Below are positions 19,293-29,950 of a stretch of 64,000 nucleotides of DNA, one piece after another. The notes beneath the pieces were generated by a model. That model saw nothing but the letters and a program-made list of their open reading frames with translations. It made no database searches and was not told the origin of the DNA. The stretch's first letter is position 1. Each line of letters begins with the position of its first letter. The position numbers and the translations under genes are program-made. The DNA is from an uncultured Flavobacteriales bacterium (GTDB lineage Bacteria; Bacteroidota; Bacteroidia; Flavobacteriales; Flavobacteriaceae). The DNA is taken from NCBI GenBank assembly GCA_913063255.1, contig CAJXYJ010000002.1:7069-71068 (forward strand). Reading direction: 5' to 3'.

Positions 19293-19508
19293 TTGAATTT
19301 AAAATATCTTAAAAACAAATCTATAGTAAGCCATATTCCAAAAATAAAGGGGATGTTTTATTATACAGACCCTAATACTTTAGAAAGAATAGGTCCTCTT
19401 AGTTCTTATCAATTAATTACCCTTAAATCTAAGCACAAAATAAATTATAGTTCGAAGCTTTTTAATATTAATGATAAAAAAACATATAAGCTTCGTGATA
19501 TAATTTAA
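19293..19508 (+). CDS. Small protein, possibly GYF_2/DUF4339-like
   Basis: YY.......IGP.S..QL..L....I pattern. Confidence 0.35.
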   Translation: MNLKYLKNKSIVSHIPKIKGMFYYTDPNTLERIGPLSSYQLITLKSKHKINYSSKLFNINDKKTYKLRDII

Positions 19509-19631
19509 AATAATTTATTTTTTTTCAAAATTTTATACAACCATAAGTAAGAGTTAATTAGACAGACACCCCTCCGTAGGTTGGAGTTGGGGGAACAACC
19601 CCCAGTATTGTTTAATTAAAAATTTATTAAA

Positions 19632-19976
19632 ATGGTAACTATTAAAGATTTTAAGAAAAGAGAAAACAAAGAAGGGGAAGAATTCTTAGTTTTAGTACTT
19701 CAAGGTGGGGTAGTTCCAGTTAAATCTAAAGAAACTGGAAGAATGTATTTCACAGCCAAAACAGCAACTGCATCATGTACTTTTGATGAAGAAACCTGCC
19801 AAGCACTAATTGGCAGTCAATTTCCTGGGCAAATCATAAAAGTTGAAACAGAACCTTATGAGTACACCATCGAAGAAACAGGAGAAGTCTTAGAGCTCTT
19901 GCATAGATGGGAGTATCAAGATGAAGCAAGAGAACTAGCCTCTCAAAATATCATTGAGGAATCTGAAGTAATGTAA
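19632..19976 (+). CDS. Hypothetical element-backbone protein
   Basis: 114 aa, acidic C-terminus, upstream of the Sak4-like gene; followed by a terminator-like hairpin at 19998-20023. Confidence 0.7.
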   Translation: MVTIKDFKKRENKEGEEFLVLVLQGGVVPVKSKETGRMYFTAKTATASCTFDEETCQALIGSQFPGQIIKVETEPYEYTIEETGEVLELLHRWEYQDEARELASQNIIEESEVM

Positions 19977-20075
19977 CCTTATGTTACTTATGAAATGAAA
20001 GAGCCATTATGTGGCTCTTTTTTATTGGTTATATACAGAACCAACTAGTAGTTATAAATCTAATAACATTACATT

Positions 20076-20954
20076 ATGGAATTAAAACAAGCACAACGCC
20101 AACAGGTAAAATTGCGTATTGGTATTTCTGGACCTTCAGGTTATGGAAAATCATATTCTGCACTCCTTCTGGCATATGGAATAACAAATGATTACAAAAC
20201 AATAGCTGTCATAGATACTGAAAATGGTTCAGCTAGCTTGTACTCACATTTAGGCGAGTATAAAACAATTAGCTTAGATGCACCATATTCTCCAGAGAGA
20301 TACATTGAAGCTATAGAAGTATGTGAAGATGCCAGAATGGAAGTAATCATAGTGGATGGCATTAGCCATGAATGGCAAGGAAGTGGAGGCTGCTTACAAA
20401 TACATGAGCAATTAGGAGGAAGATTTCAAGATTGGGGAGCAGTCACAAAACGACATCAAGCATTTATAGATAAAATATTACAATCCAAGTGCCATATCAT
20501 CACTACGGTAAGGACTAAGGTAAACTACTCCATGGAGAGGGATAACAATGGGAAAACTAGAGTTTTGAAGCATGGTATGAAGGAGATTACCAGAAATGGA
20601 TTTGAGTACGAATTAACTGTAAACTTCGAGTTAATTAATGATAATCATATCGTTAGGGCTTCAAAGGACAGGACGGGATTGTATAAAAACAAACCTGAGT
20701 TTATTATAAATACCTCTTCTGGCAAAAAATTGATGATATGGAGCAAGTTCGGTGGAGAAAGTATGGAAACTGCCAGAAAGGAAATAAAGAAATGTACAAC
20801 TGTAGAAGGATTAAGACACATTTATAATAAGTACCCTAACTATCAAAACGAGTTACTTTCAGATATGATGGATAGAAAATCCATTATTGAAAATGCTAAT
20901 TTGGAAGTAGTACATAAGGAAGAAATAGTTGAACAGAAAATTGAAAGTGATTAA
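20076..20954 (+). CDS. AAA_24 / Sak4-like ATPase (putative single-strand annealing recombinase)
   Basis: GPSGYGKS Walker A, IAVIDTENGSASLY, IIVDGISHEW, GFEYELTV. Confidence 0.8.
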   Translation: MELKQAQRQQVKLRIGISGPSGYGKSYSALLLAYGITNDYKTIAVIDTENGSASLYSHLGEYKTISLDAPYSPERYIEAIEVCEDARMEVIIVDGISHEWQGSGGCLQIHEQLGGRFQDWGAVTKRHQAFIDKILQSKCHIITTVRTKVNYSMERDNNGKTRVLKHGMKEITRNGFEYELTVNFELINDNHIVRASKDRTGLYKNKPEFIINTSSGKKLMIWSKFGGESMETARKEIKKCTTVEGLRHIYNKYPNYQNELLSDMMDRKSIIENANLEVVHKEEIVEQKIESD

Positions 20955-21080
20955 GTGTACAAGGGATAGTCCTTAAACCACCTTTTTCAGTAGTAATTCA
21001 ATTCTACCATTAAACTCTAATATATTATTAATAGCTAAAACATGCTCAGGTAAAATGCCTGAGCTTTTAATTTATGAAGA

Positions 21081-21335
21081 ATGAAGAATGAAGAACAAGC
21101 AGAGCTATTCAGATACTGCTCTAAAAATGAGATTTGGGTATTAACGTGGTATAACAAGATTAAAATCCTTCACACGACTTTTAAAGTAAAGGTTAAAAAG
21201 GATGTTGGTGAGTTAGAAGTAGGAAGTTATGTAGAAGTAGATGAAGTTAAATTAGCATCAAATGGGAAGACTGTTTATTTGATAGATGGGAAATTCTATT
21301 TTTTCTACTATTTTGAAATATTTACGCATTTGTAA
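21081..21335 (+). CDS. Hypothetical protein
   Basis: 84-aa ORF after a hairpin at 21044-21068. Confidence 0.6.
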   Translation: MKNEEQAELFRYCSKNEIWVLTWYNKIKILHTTFKVKVKKDVGELEVGSYVEVDEVKLASNGKTVYLIDGKFYFFYYFEIFTHL

Positions 21336-21461
21336 TTACTATGGCTATAATAATTTTCCCCATAAATTGGAATTTGAAATTTGGGGGAATTCTCTCTGAG
21401 TCAATAATGGTTGTCTCAGGCAATAAGGCAAGGAATTATGGTTTAACTCAATATGAGTTCA

Positions 21462-21528
21462 AAATCCCCCTACTTATGCTTCTTTTTATATAGAGAGTAC
21501 TTTTAGAAAGGTGTAAGTAGGGGGATTT
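21462..21528. repeat. Perfect 15-bp inverted repeat (candidate origin or terminator)
   Basis: AAATCCCCCTACTTA (21462-21476) and TAAGTAGGGGGATTT (21514-21528) around an AT-rich spacer. Confidence 0.7.
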
Positions 21529-23735
21529 CAAACTAATATGTAATAATCAGGGCTTAGATAAGTATATAGCAGCAGAGAGCTGTTAGGAATAATTTTAAAG
21601 AGTAGTTCAGGCACATCGAAGCTTGAATCCGTCTTATTTAGACTAATGCGCTGAGAATGAATAAGCATCTGATAATCTTTACCGTAGCTGAGACTGCTTA
21701 ATTTTAGTTTATCTGGATAATCCTCTTCAAAAATGATTGCAAACTTTTCTTTACCATCTGGTTGAATTTTCTTATTCTTTCTTGTCTTACAGTAAAATAT
21801 GCTTTCTAATAAGCTACTTAAATATTCTTTACTAAATGAGCCATTACTGTTCATTAAGAACTTTAGAGTAATTTTATCTGATTTTAATTTATGTTTTTTA
21901 GAGAATTTATCATCTAAATAGTCCTTTAAATAACCTAGAGGGATATTATCCTTTGTTAAGCAGTAATTGAAAATTATTTTAATTATAGAAAATAGGATTT
22001 GTTGAGTTTCATCAAGTATAACCTCGTCTTTTAATTTAAGAGAGAATTTAGTTATTTTCCTATCCAATTCTAGATTGTTATTAATAAAGCTGTTCACATA
22101 AAGTTTTAATTCAAGCTTATTGATTTCTCTAGGCAAATAATTATTTGCTATAAATATGGATTTTGGCAGGGATTTCACAAAAGGATAAACGTCTAAGGAT
22201 GGAACAAGGACTTTCCTTTCAAAATATGGGTTTTCAACCCACTTTATAACTTTACCTTGTTTTGGGGTAATTTCTTCAGAAGTTAAAAGCTCGAATTTTT
22301 CCTTGTAATAGTAATCTACACTTTTGCCGTTTTTGATTTCATAGGCAAAAGCTTCTTTTTTTTGAATAAAAGCATTGCTAATTGAAGTCAGTAACTTTGT
22401 GTAAGCATCATTATCATCTATTATATTGCCTTTATCGACAGTAAGTATTTTTGTGTTAATTATTGGTAAAATATCATCATAAACCTCTAATTCTTTATGT
22501 AGAATATTTGTGTTTAGACATTTTTGGGCATTATATTCAGATTGATAACATACTTGTATAATATATCTATCAATGAGTTCTTGTATTAAAGATTGTTTTG
22601 TTCCTAAGTCAGAAACATCTAAAGAATTATTATAATGATTAGGTAAATCAGAACTTTTAATGTGGTTAATAGCTGATATTATAGTCTTTACTTCTGGTAA
22701 ATTCTTAAGTATTTTAGAATCAATATTAGAGTTGTTTTCTTCAGAGAGGTCTTCAGATTTGGTATTAACAACATCAACTTCGATGTCTGGTTTTTTACGA
22801 AACCTTTTTGCAAATTGTTTAATTTCTTGAGGATTAGATTCATTTATCATTAATGCTCCCCCAATGTTTTCGTTATTTATATTGGTGCCTGTGCTTATAA
22901 CGTTAGTACACACCAAGAACTGTACATCCTTGTCAATAACCATTTTTTGGACAAGCTTTTGATAATTATCCTCTTTTTTGTGATGGGATGTTAGAACTAT
23001 AGCTTTAAAACCTAGTTGTAGAATAGCGTCTTTAATATTTTCACATTCTTTTGTGTTTTTAATATAAATGATATTTAAAGCGTCTTTGCCAAATTCTTTA
23101 ATTGCAGAATGAGCAAATAATACTGCTAATTTTAGTGCTGATTTAGTTGAGCTAGAAAGATTGATTTTGGCTTGAATTACTGAAGTACTTTTTACAACAA
23201 TGGATGTTAATCCTAAAAGTTTATTGATTTGTACGTTAGCAGTTCCTGACATCAACACTATTTTGGCTTTGCTGTTGAAAATTATACCAACTTCTTTGTT
23301 AAAATAGGTTCTACTGCTATGATTCTTTAAAAAGGAATAGGAAAATGCGTGTGCTTCATCTAAAACTATTGTATCTTCTTGAGTTAATTCATCTATTATG
23401 TGCCATAAGCTTTGATAGGTGCTAGTAATAATTTTGTCGTTTACTTCAAGATTTTTTCTTAAAGATTGATGATTCAAGAAAAGGTCAACTTTATACCCTT
23501 TACTTTTTAGTGAGGTAACAAATTGAGACTGTATGATGATATATGGGGCACAAAACACTAACCTTCCTTTTCTTTTACCCTGTATAATGTCGCAAGCAAA
23601 TTCAACAAATAGGGTTGTTTTACCACTACCAGGATTAGAGTCTATAAGTACCCTTTTATGTGTATTAATAGCATCTAATACAGTTTCCTTGTGATTTGAA
23701 ATATACTCACCTTCTTTTAATACAATAGATATCAT
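21528..23735 (-). CDS. Superfamily 2 (DEAH) helicase-like protein
   Basis: SNPGSGKT, VLDEAH, MSGT, TNVISTGTNI, QFAKRFR motifs. Confidence 0.85.
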   Translation of the reverse strand: MISIVLKEGEYISNHKETVLDAINTHKRVLIDSNPGSGKTTLFVEFACDIIQGKRKGRLVFCAPYIIIQSQFVTSLKSKGYKVDLFLNHQSLRKNLEVNDKIITSTYQSLWHIIDELTQEDTIVLDEAHAFSYSFLKNHSSRTYFNKEVGIIFNSKAKIVLMSGTANVQINKLLGLTSIVVKSTSVIQAKINLSSSTKSALKLAVLFAHSAIKEFGKDALNIIYIKNTKECENIKDAILQLGFKAIVLTSHHKKEDNYQKLVQKMVIDKDVQFLVCTNVISTGTNINNENIGGALMINESNPQEIKQFAKRFRKKPDIEVDVVNTKSEDLSEENNSNIDSKILKNLPEVKTIISAINHIKSSDLPNHYNNSLDVSDLGTKQSLIQELIDRYIIQVCYQSEYNAQKCLNTNILHKELEVYDDILPIINTKILTVDKGNIIDDNDAYTKLLTSISNAFIQKKEAFAYEIKNGKSVDYYYKEKFELLTSEEITPKQGKVIKWVENPYFERKVLVPSLDVYPFVKSLPKSIFIANNYLPREINKLELKLYVNSFINNNLELDRKITKFSLKLKDEVILDETQQILFSIIKIIFNYCLTKDNIPLGYLKDYLDDKFSKKHKLKSDKITLKFLMNSNGSFSKEYLSSLLESIFYCKTRKNKKIQPDGKEKFAIIFEEDYPDKLKLSSLSYGKDYQMLIHSQRISLNKTDSSFDVPELLFKIIPNSSLLLYTYLSPDYYILV

Positions 23736-23942
23736 TATTTCTTCCTATTCTGGCATTGCAGGCTAAAATTAGGTAAAACGAATTAACTATTTAAATAAAA
23801 AGGGCATCAATAAGGTGCTCTTTTTTATTCTGACTGATTATTTGTTGATTTTATAAGGGTTTTAAGCTCTAGGTTCGGGTCTTAGTGATGTGAGGCTTTT
23901 TTTGGTGTTTTTAACACCAACTCAGTAAATAACTATCTCAGA

Positions 23943-24704
23943 TTAATCATAAAAAGTATCATAATAATAATATTGATATTTATTTAATACTCCGTCGTAA
24001 TAGTAGTTATAAATAATGGGATAGCCCTTGGAATTGTATTCATATTCTTTCCAACTATTGTTACTTGAACTAGTATACCTCCGTGTAGTATTATTTATAG
24101 ACATCGTTTCAATTTTATACAAAGCCTCTGGGTAAACTAATTCGTAAGGATTTTTTTTATCATCATAAGTCATATAGTAAGTTTGGTTAGCGCAAAAATC
24201 AATTTTATCAATTGAAACATTACCGTTGTTATTATATGTATATTCAAATTCACAATCATTAGAACCAGCTCTCATAAAAACCATTTGTTCAGATGAATTG
24301 TAATTATATTCAGCTATTACATTTGTATTTAATTTTATCTTAGAAATTAGGGGTCCATCATACACATAATCACAAATATAAAAAATGTTAGTACCATAAT
24401 TTCTTTCATATTGAATAAGTGTGTTGTTAGAATCATAAATATAATTAATTGCTTCATCAGCAGAATTTACATTATCAGTATTTATTTCTAAAAGACTAAA
24501 TCTATTATTTAAATCGTATACAAATGTTTTTGTAAAATCAAGACTATCATTTGCTTTGAAGTTTTCAATTTTTACTAAGCGGTAATAAGTGTTTGACGGT
24601 TCTGAATCATCATCATCAGAATTACAAGCTATAATAAAAAGAGATAAGAATAGGGCAATAAATAGGTTTTTCATAGGTTTCAAATTTTTACTTTTTCGAT
24701 TCAA
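23943..24704 (-). CDS. Hypothetical lipoprotein
   Basis: MKNLFIALFLSLFIIAC lipobox; YDDKKNPY motif resembles FDDKISP in 18334..19143. Confidence 0.75.
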   Translation of the reverse strand: MNRKSKNLKPMKNLFIALFLSLFIIACNSDDDDSEPSNTYYRLVKIENFKANDSLDFTKTFVYDLNNRFSLLEINTDNVNSADEAINYIYDSNNTLIQYERNYGTNIFYICDYVYDGPLISKIKLNTNVIAEYNYNSSEQMVFMRAGSNDCEFEYTYNNNGNVSIDKIDFCANQTYYMTYDDKKNPYELVYPEALYKIETMSINNTTRRYTSSSNNSWKEYEYNSKGYPIIYNYYYDGVLNKYQYYYYDTFYD

Positions 24705-25001
24705 TAATTACATTTTATTATTTTGTTAAATATATAACTTAGGAATTCATAATGGTAATAATTTTTTTGAAAATAACACTTAAAGGGTATCTATAAGGTG
24801 CTCTTTTTTGCTTGAATCTAACATTTACACCTATAGTAAGGATTCACAGAGATAGGTTTGGGTCTTAGGAAGACCCAATGATAGGTGAAGGATAAACAGA
24901 AAAACCTAATAAAGAGTTTTGTTTAATACCACGTTTACAATCTTCACAAAAAAAGAAAATGCCTAAACAGGATCAAGCATTTTCAAAATAGGAATTAGTA
25001 T

Positions 25002-25991
25002 TTACTTTAAGTTGACACCTACTACTTCATATGGAATTGTTGGATCATATTCTCCACCAAAAATTGGTGGGATAGCAAGATCAAATTTTGCATTAACGGC
25101 ATATATCATATTGCCCTTAATAGAAGCTGTAGCAGGTATTCTATAATTTGGATCGGTAATAATATCTGAAACAACTCCTGAATTCCAAGAGCTATTTAGG
25201 TTGATAACACTGATTTGATTTATGAAGTTTTGTACTACATAAAGTTTATTACCTCTTAATACCAAACCATCATTTGTTGGCACTGGTCCACCCACGTTAA
25301 TTGTAGTAGCAACTCCTGTAGTTACGTCTGTACTATACAAAGCGGCGCTACCAGAATTTCCAATAATCAGTTTAGTACCATCATCATTTGCTACAATACC
25401 ATTAGCATTAAACCCCTCCACCATGGTAAAATCGCCGGACAGTGGAATTGTAATTTCAACGCCAGGAGCAGGAAGACTACCATCTATTCCCAAGGGTAAT
25501 TTATAGAATTCAGCTGCAAAGGAATTTGTTAAGTAAGCTGCATTCTCTGTAATGATAACATCATTGATAAAACCTGTTGTTGCAAGCTGGAATGCTCCAA
25601 CTTCAGCCCCGCTTAATGCATCATATACATAAGCATAACCATCGAATCCCCCTGCAACAAAAATATAATTTGTGCGAGTGTCAAAGTCTAGTCCTACAGC
25701 AATACGATTAATTTGTTCAGGAACTATCATAGAACCACTTCCGGTTCTCAGATCAACCTTATAAATACCACCATGGTACAAAGACCCGGCATATAAATCA
25801 TTCCCATTACCTAAGGCTATGCCTTCAGGGTAGAAGCCATTGGGAAGATTGAGAATAGCTGGGAAATTAGCAGCTGCAGATTTACTTATAACCGATTGTT
25901 CTAATATTTCATTTTCTATCATTGGCTCGTCACTACAAGAGAAGAAAGCCATAAAAATGGATAGCGAAATAATTTTTACTGAATTTTTCAT
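25002..25991 (-). CDS. SMP-30/gluconolactonase-like beta-propeller lipoprotein
   Basis: FFSC lipobox; PEGIA, INDV, ANGI, NDGL blade motifs. Confidence 0.75.
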   Translation of the reverse strand: MKNSVKIISLSIFMAFFSCSDEPMIENEILEQSVISKSAAANFPAILNLPNGFYPEGIALGNGNDLYAGSLYHGGIYKVDLRTGSGSMIVPEQINRIAVGLDFDTRTNYIFVAGGFDGYAYVYDALSGAEVGAFQLATTGFINDVIITENAAYLTNSFAAEFYKLPLGIDGSLPAPGVEITIPLSGDFTMVEGFNANGIVANDDGTKLIIGNSGSAALYSTDVTTGVATTINVGGPVPTNDGLVLRGNKLYVVQNFINQISVINLNSSWNSGVVSDIITDPNYRIPATASIKGNMIYAVNAKFDLAIPPIFGGEYDPTIPYEVVGVNLK

Positions 25992-26213
25992 AATTTCTAA
26001 AATTTGATTGTTAATTGTTTAGGCTCTTAATTGATTGTTTTGTGTTTTTCAATTAATTTGGGGAAGACATTATAGGTTTTTGAAACAACCTATTTTAAAA
26101 TATTAAGTTACTTATATAAATAAAACTTGAACCAAACTTAGAAATAAAATAGGATAACCTTAAGTAGTATTGTTTTTAATACTAGCACTATTGTTTATTA
26201 CTTAAAAAATGGG

Positions 26214-29186
26214 TTATGAATGTCTTTGTCTGTAAGAGACGGGAGAAGTATTGGTTGTTTTTTTAAAGGATCTGGAAAAGTAATTTGAAGACACAAAACC
26301 AACATCATAAGCAATTTCACTAATGGTAAGCTGCGTTGTTTTTAGTAAATCTTTTGCTTTTTCTATTCTGATATGATTCATATAATTGGTAATGGACATA
26401 CCTGTTAATGACTTCACTTTTTTATGTAGCTGGGATCTGCTAGTATAAAGGTGTTGCGCCAGTTCTTCAATAGACATTTGTTTATTATTATCTAATGCAA
26501 ACTCTTGAATGTTTTTAATTAGGTTTAAATCCAACTCATTAATATCTGGCACTTCTTTATGATTGTTTCTAAGGTATAAGAGATTACTTAAAAAACTGAT
26601 CTGCTTTTGTTTTTTCCCCAAGAGATTTTTTATGATCAATAAGAGTTCCTGCTTGTTAAACGGTTTGATTAAATATGCATCCACGCCTAATTTATAGGCT
26701 TCAACTTTATCTTTGGTTTCAGTTCTTGCGCTTATTATAACAAACGGAATGTGTGAAGTGTTTATATCTTTTTTTATGTGTTTGCAAAATTCAAAGCCAT
26801 CCATTTCAGGCATCATTACATCACTAATTATAAAATCTATATGTTTGTTATTTGCAATTTTAAGACCTTTAACTCCATTATTGGCAGTATAAATAGTGTA
26901 CAAATCGCATAGTATTAGTTTAATGAAGTTTATAATTTCTTTATTATCTTCAACAAGTAAGATGGTGTTTGTTGTTTTTTGTTTGATACCTTTTTTAATT
27001 TGAGAAACATGATTGTCATCATAATCAATAAATGGGATTTTATGAAACGTATCTGCTTTGATTGAGGTATTTTGAATAGGTAGATCTACTATAAATGTTG
27101 TGCCTATTCCTATTTTACTATCTATTGAAATACTCCCTTGTAAAAGTTTAACTAGCTCTTTGGTTAATGCTAAACCAATCCCAGTTCCAATATTTTGTTT
27201 AAGATCATAGGTTTTGTAATAGCGTTCAAATATTTGGGATAACTCTTTTTTTTCAATCCCTATTCCTGTATCTGATACTATAATCCTTAATTGGTTCTTA
27301 ATTTGTTTTAAATAAACATCTATTTCTCCTTTTTCTGGCGTGAATTTAATAGCATTTGAAAGCAGATTGTTTAATATTTTTTGAAGCTTATCATCATCAA
27401 AGTCCATTGTGAGATTAGAAATGTCCGATTTAAATGTAAGAGTTAACTGTTTTGAATCGGTATAAGATTTAAATATGGAAACACATTTTTCAATGAATAT
27501 AATAATGTCCCCATTTTTATAAGAGGGAATCATTTTTTTTGCATCTAAAGACGAGAGATCCAACGTTTGATTTACCAAATTCAATAATTGGTTATTACTA
27601 TACGTTATTCCTTTCAATAGATTTCTTTGGGTATCATTTTCATTATCTTCTAAAAGTTCATTGGATAAGCCACTAATTATGGTGAGGGGTGTTCTGAATT
27701 CATGAGAAATATTGGCGAGGAACTGGTGCATTAAGTTTTCGCTAGTTTCTGCTCTATCTTTCTCTATCTGCAATCTGGTATTGCCTTTGCGAATGAAACG
27801 CATCCGGCTCCAAAGTCCACCAGCTATGAATAGTAGAAATAGTCCTGAAAAAACAAAAATGTTTTTTGTCCTGTCTTTATCTCTCATTTCTTCCTGTTGA
27901 GCTTTTGCTAATACTAACTTTTCTTCTGACTGCCGCAATGAATCTGTAAACAACTGTTTGGTAAATTCCATTTCCCTGAGGTTATTGGATAATGACTCAT
28001 AATTGATACTGTCTTCCAGTACAAGCATTTTTTCATGATAAAACAGGGCCTTGTCGTATTCCCCCATCGTTTTATAACTTTCGTAAAGACAATCACAGGC
28101 ATACATTTGATTATCTTCAGATCCAATTTCAACAGCGATTTTATAACTTTTCTGACATTCTGTAATACTTTGTTTATAATTTCCTTTATGCAGTTGAATC
28201 TTACCAATATCAATTAGATTTTCGCAGATAATATCTTTATTTCGAATCTGCTTTGCCAAGGACAGACTCCGTTGAAAATATTCCAAAGCTCTTTTCTTGT
28301 CTTCATGTTCTGAATAGTTATTACCTATATTACTTAGTGCATATGCTACATGTATATTATTATTCAATTGTTTGGAGATTTCCAAAGCTCTTTCTAAAGA
28401 CACCATAGACTGATCTTTATTTCCCAACTTGGTATGAATTTCTCCAATACTTAGTAACGAAATAGTTATCGATGTGCTATCTCCTATTCTTTCACTTATT
28501 TCCAGAGCCTTGAATAAGTATTCTAGTGCTTTTTCATTACTTCCTTGTTTTATATAGGAAATCCCAAACGAATTTAAACACCAGGCAATGCCATAATCGT
28601 CTTTTATTTCTTCACTTATTTTAAGACTTTGCTCTATGTGCTTCATAGATGTTGTAAATTGGCCTTTCAGATAATAGCTGCGAGCAATTCTTCTTAAACT
28701 GGATGCCACCATTTTCTTATCACTCATGTTTTCCGCAATGTCCTTTCTGGATTGATATGCTGCAATAGCCTTTTCATAGTCACCTTCTGCAATATTAACT
28801 TCTCCGATTCTGTACAAAACCAAAGCCATCTTTTCTATATCTCCTATTTCATCATATAATTGGTATGACATCTGGTAGTATTCGACTGCACTTGAGAACC
28901 CCCCTTTGTTTTTATAAGCCCAGCCCAAATTGTACAGTGCGTCAGCATTGTACTTCTTCAATCTTTTTTTACTGGCATATTTACTCTGAATTTGAGCATA
29001 ATGAATTGCACTGTCTTGTTGCTTTTCTAGGTAACCTGATCTGGTGAATTGATTTAATGCTTGTAACCGGATGGTATCATCACAAGTCTCATCAGCCCAT
29101 ATAACCCAAAGTGAATCATGCTTTGATTGAGCATAGGTAGACACTACAAAAGCAATAAATGCAATAAGAATGAATAGCTTTTTCAA
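26214..29186 (-). CDS. Hybrid sensor: TPR - TM - histidine kinase - receiver - AraC HTH
   Basis: ANISHEFRTPL, NLLSNAIKFT, DTGIGI, GTGIGL, ISDVMMPEMDG, C-terminal AraC HTH. Confidence 0.93.
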   Translation of the reverse strand: MKKLFILIAFIAFVVSTYAQSKHDSLWVIWADETCDDTIRLQALNQFTRSGYLEKQQDSAIHYAQIQSKYASKKRLKKYNADALYNLGWAYKNKGGFSSAVEYYQMSYQLYDEIGDIEKMALVLYRIGEVNIAEGDYEKAIAAYQSRKDIAENMSDKKMVASSLRRIARSYYLKGQFTTSMKHIEQSLKISEEIKDDYGIAWCLNSFGISYIKQGSNEKALEYLFKALEISERIGDSTSITISLLSIGEIHTKLGNKDQSMVSLERALEISKQLNNNIHVAYALSNIGNNYSEHEDKKRALEYFQRSLSLAKQIRNKDIICENLIDIGKIQLHKGNYKQSITECQKSYKIAVEIGSEDNQMYACDCLYESYKTMGEYDKALFYHEKMLVLEDSINYESLSNNLREMEFTKQLFTDSLRQSEEKLVLAKAQQEEMRDKDRTKNIFVFSGLFLLFIAGGLWSRMRFIRKGNTRLQIEKDRAETSENLMHQFLANISHEFRTPLTIISGLSNELLEDNENDTQRNLLKGITYSNNQLLNLVNQTLDLSSLDAKKMIPSYKNGDIIIFIEKCVSIFKSYTDSKQLTLTFKSDISNLTMDFDDDKLQKILNNLLSNAIKFTPEKGEIDVYLKQIKNQLRIIVSDTGIGIEKKELSQIFERYYKTYDLKQNIGTGIGLALTKELVKLLQGSISIDSKIGIGTTFIVDLPIQNTSIKADTFHKIPFIDYDDNHVSQIKKGIKQKTTNTILLVEDNKEIINFIKLILCDLYTIYTANNGVKGLKIANNKHIDFIISDVMMPEMDGFEFCKHIKKDINTSHIPFVIISARTETKDKVEAYKLGVDAYLIKPFNKQELLLIIKNLLGKKQKQISFLSNLLYLRNNHKEVPDINELDLNLIKNIQEFALDNNKQMSIEELAQHLYTSRSQLHKKVKSLTGMSITNYMNHIRIEKAKDLLKTTQLTISEIAYDVGFVSSNYFSRSFKKTTNTSPVSYRQRHS

Positions 29187-29657
29187 ACGGATTTCCTAAA
29201 TTAATTTTTACTAATGTAGATATATTTGATTATTATCCCCATTAAATTATTAGTTTGTATCACAACCATTGGTTAAACTTAATTCTAGTTTGACAAAGTG
29301 AAGATAATGAATTTGAACAATTATAATTTGAGAATATTGTAATTGTTGGATGTATATCTCAAATAATAGGTTAACAAATAGATAGCGAAGCAATTGCCCG
29401 ATGTCAAATTTATTAGATTTGGAGATCTTGAGTGACAGATTCAAATTGCGGTTATTATTACGCTCTTGTACGCTTTGGCTCGAAACCCGTTCAAGGTGAT
29501 GCTCAAACCTTTACATCTTTTTTAGCACCATAACACTTTATTATACTATTCAACACAGAGGTTTAAGTAAGTATTCTTATTTAAAAAGCAAAAGAAAAAA
29601 TAGATTGTACTTTAAAAAAAATACAATTAAAGCCTGGCAATTAAATAGTTATGCTTA

Positions 29658-29773
29658 CGAGTTCGAGTCTCGTCCAGACCGCAATTAAAATGTTGTGTTG
29701 AGTCCTTTAAATAGGGCTAGGTTTATGTAGTTAAACCGATGAGAAGCTTTTCCATTAAGGGGAGGCTTTTTTT
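29658..29773 (+). repeat. attR (tRNA-Asp 3' duplicate) plus structured motif copy 3
   Basis: 43 bp identical to 5709-5751; then an alternative hairpin AGTCCT-TTAAAT-AGGGCT, GGTTTA/TAAACC, GATGAG and terminator. Confidence 0.92.
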
Positions 29774-29950
29774 GTATTGTGTAATTGTGTAGTAATTGTG
29801 CAGTAAATAAAATTAGTATATAATTTTTCATTATGTTCAGCTCTAAGAATTACGTTTCTAACTTTTTTTATTTTGATAATTTATGTATAATATTAATTGT
29901 TAACTGTTTAACAAAAAAAATGTAAATTTATACCATAAAACTATACCACA

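Larger units (their letters stand above)
5709..29700. mobile_element. ~24 kb integrative element inserted at the tRNA-Asp 3' end
   Basis: Identical 43-bp direct repeat CGAGTTCGAGTCTCGTCCAGACCGCAATTAAAATGTTGTGTTG at 5709-5751 and 29658-29700; contains integrase, RadC-like, XRE, AAA ATPase and helicase genes. No conjugation or capsid genes recognised. Confidence 0.85.

Noticed and set aside
29250-29444. 64-aa ORF near attR
   Set aside because: No recognisable motif, non-ATG start, lies in the promoter/att flank.
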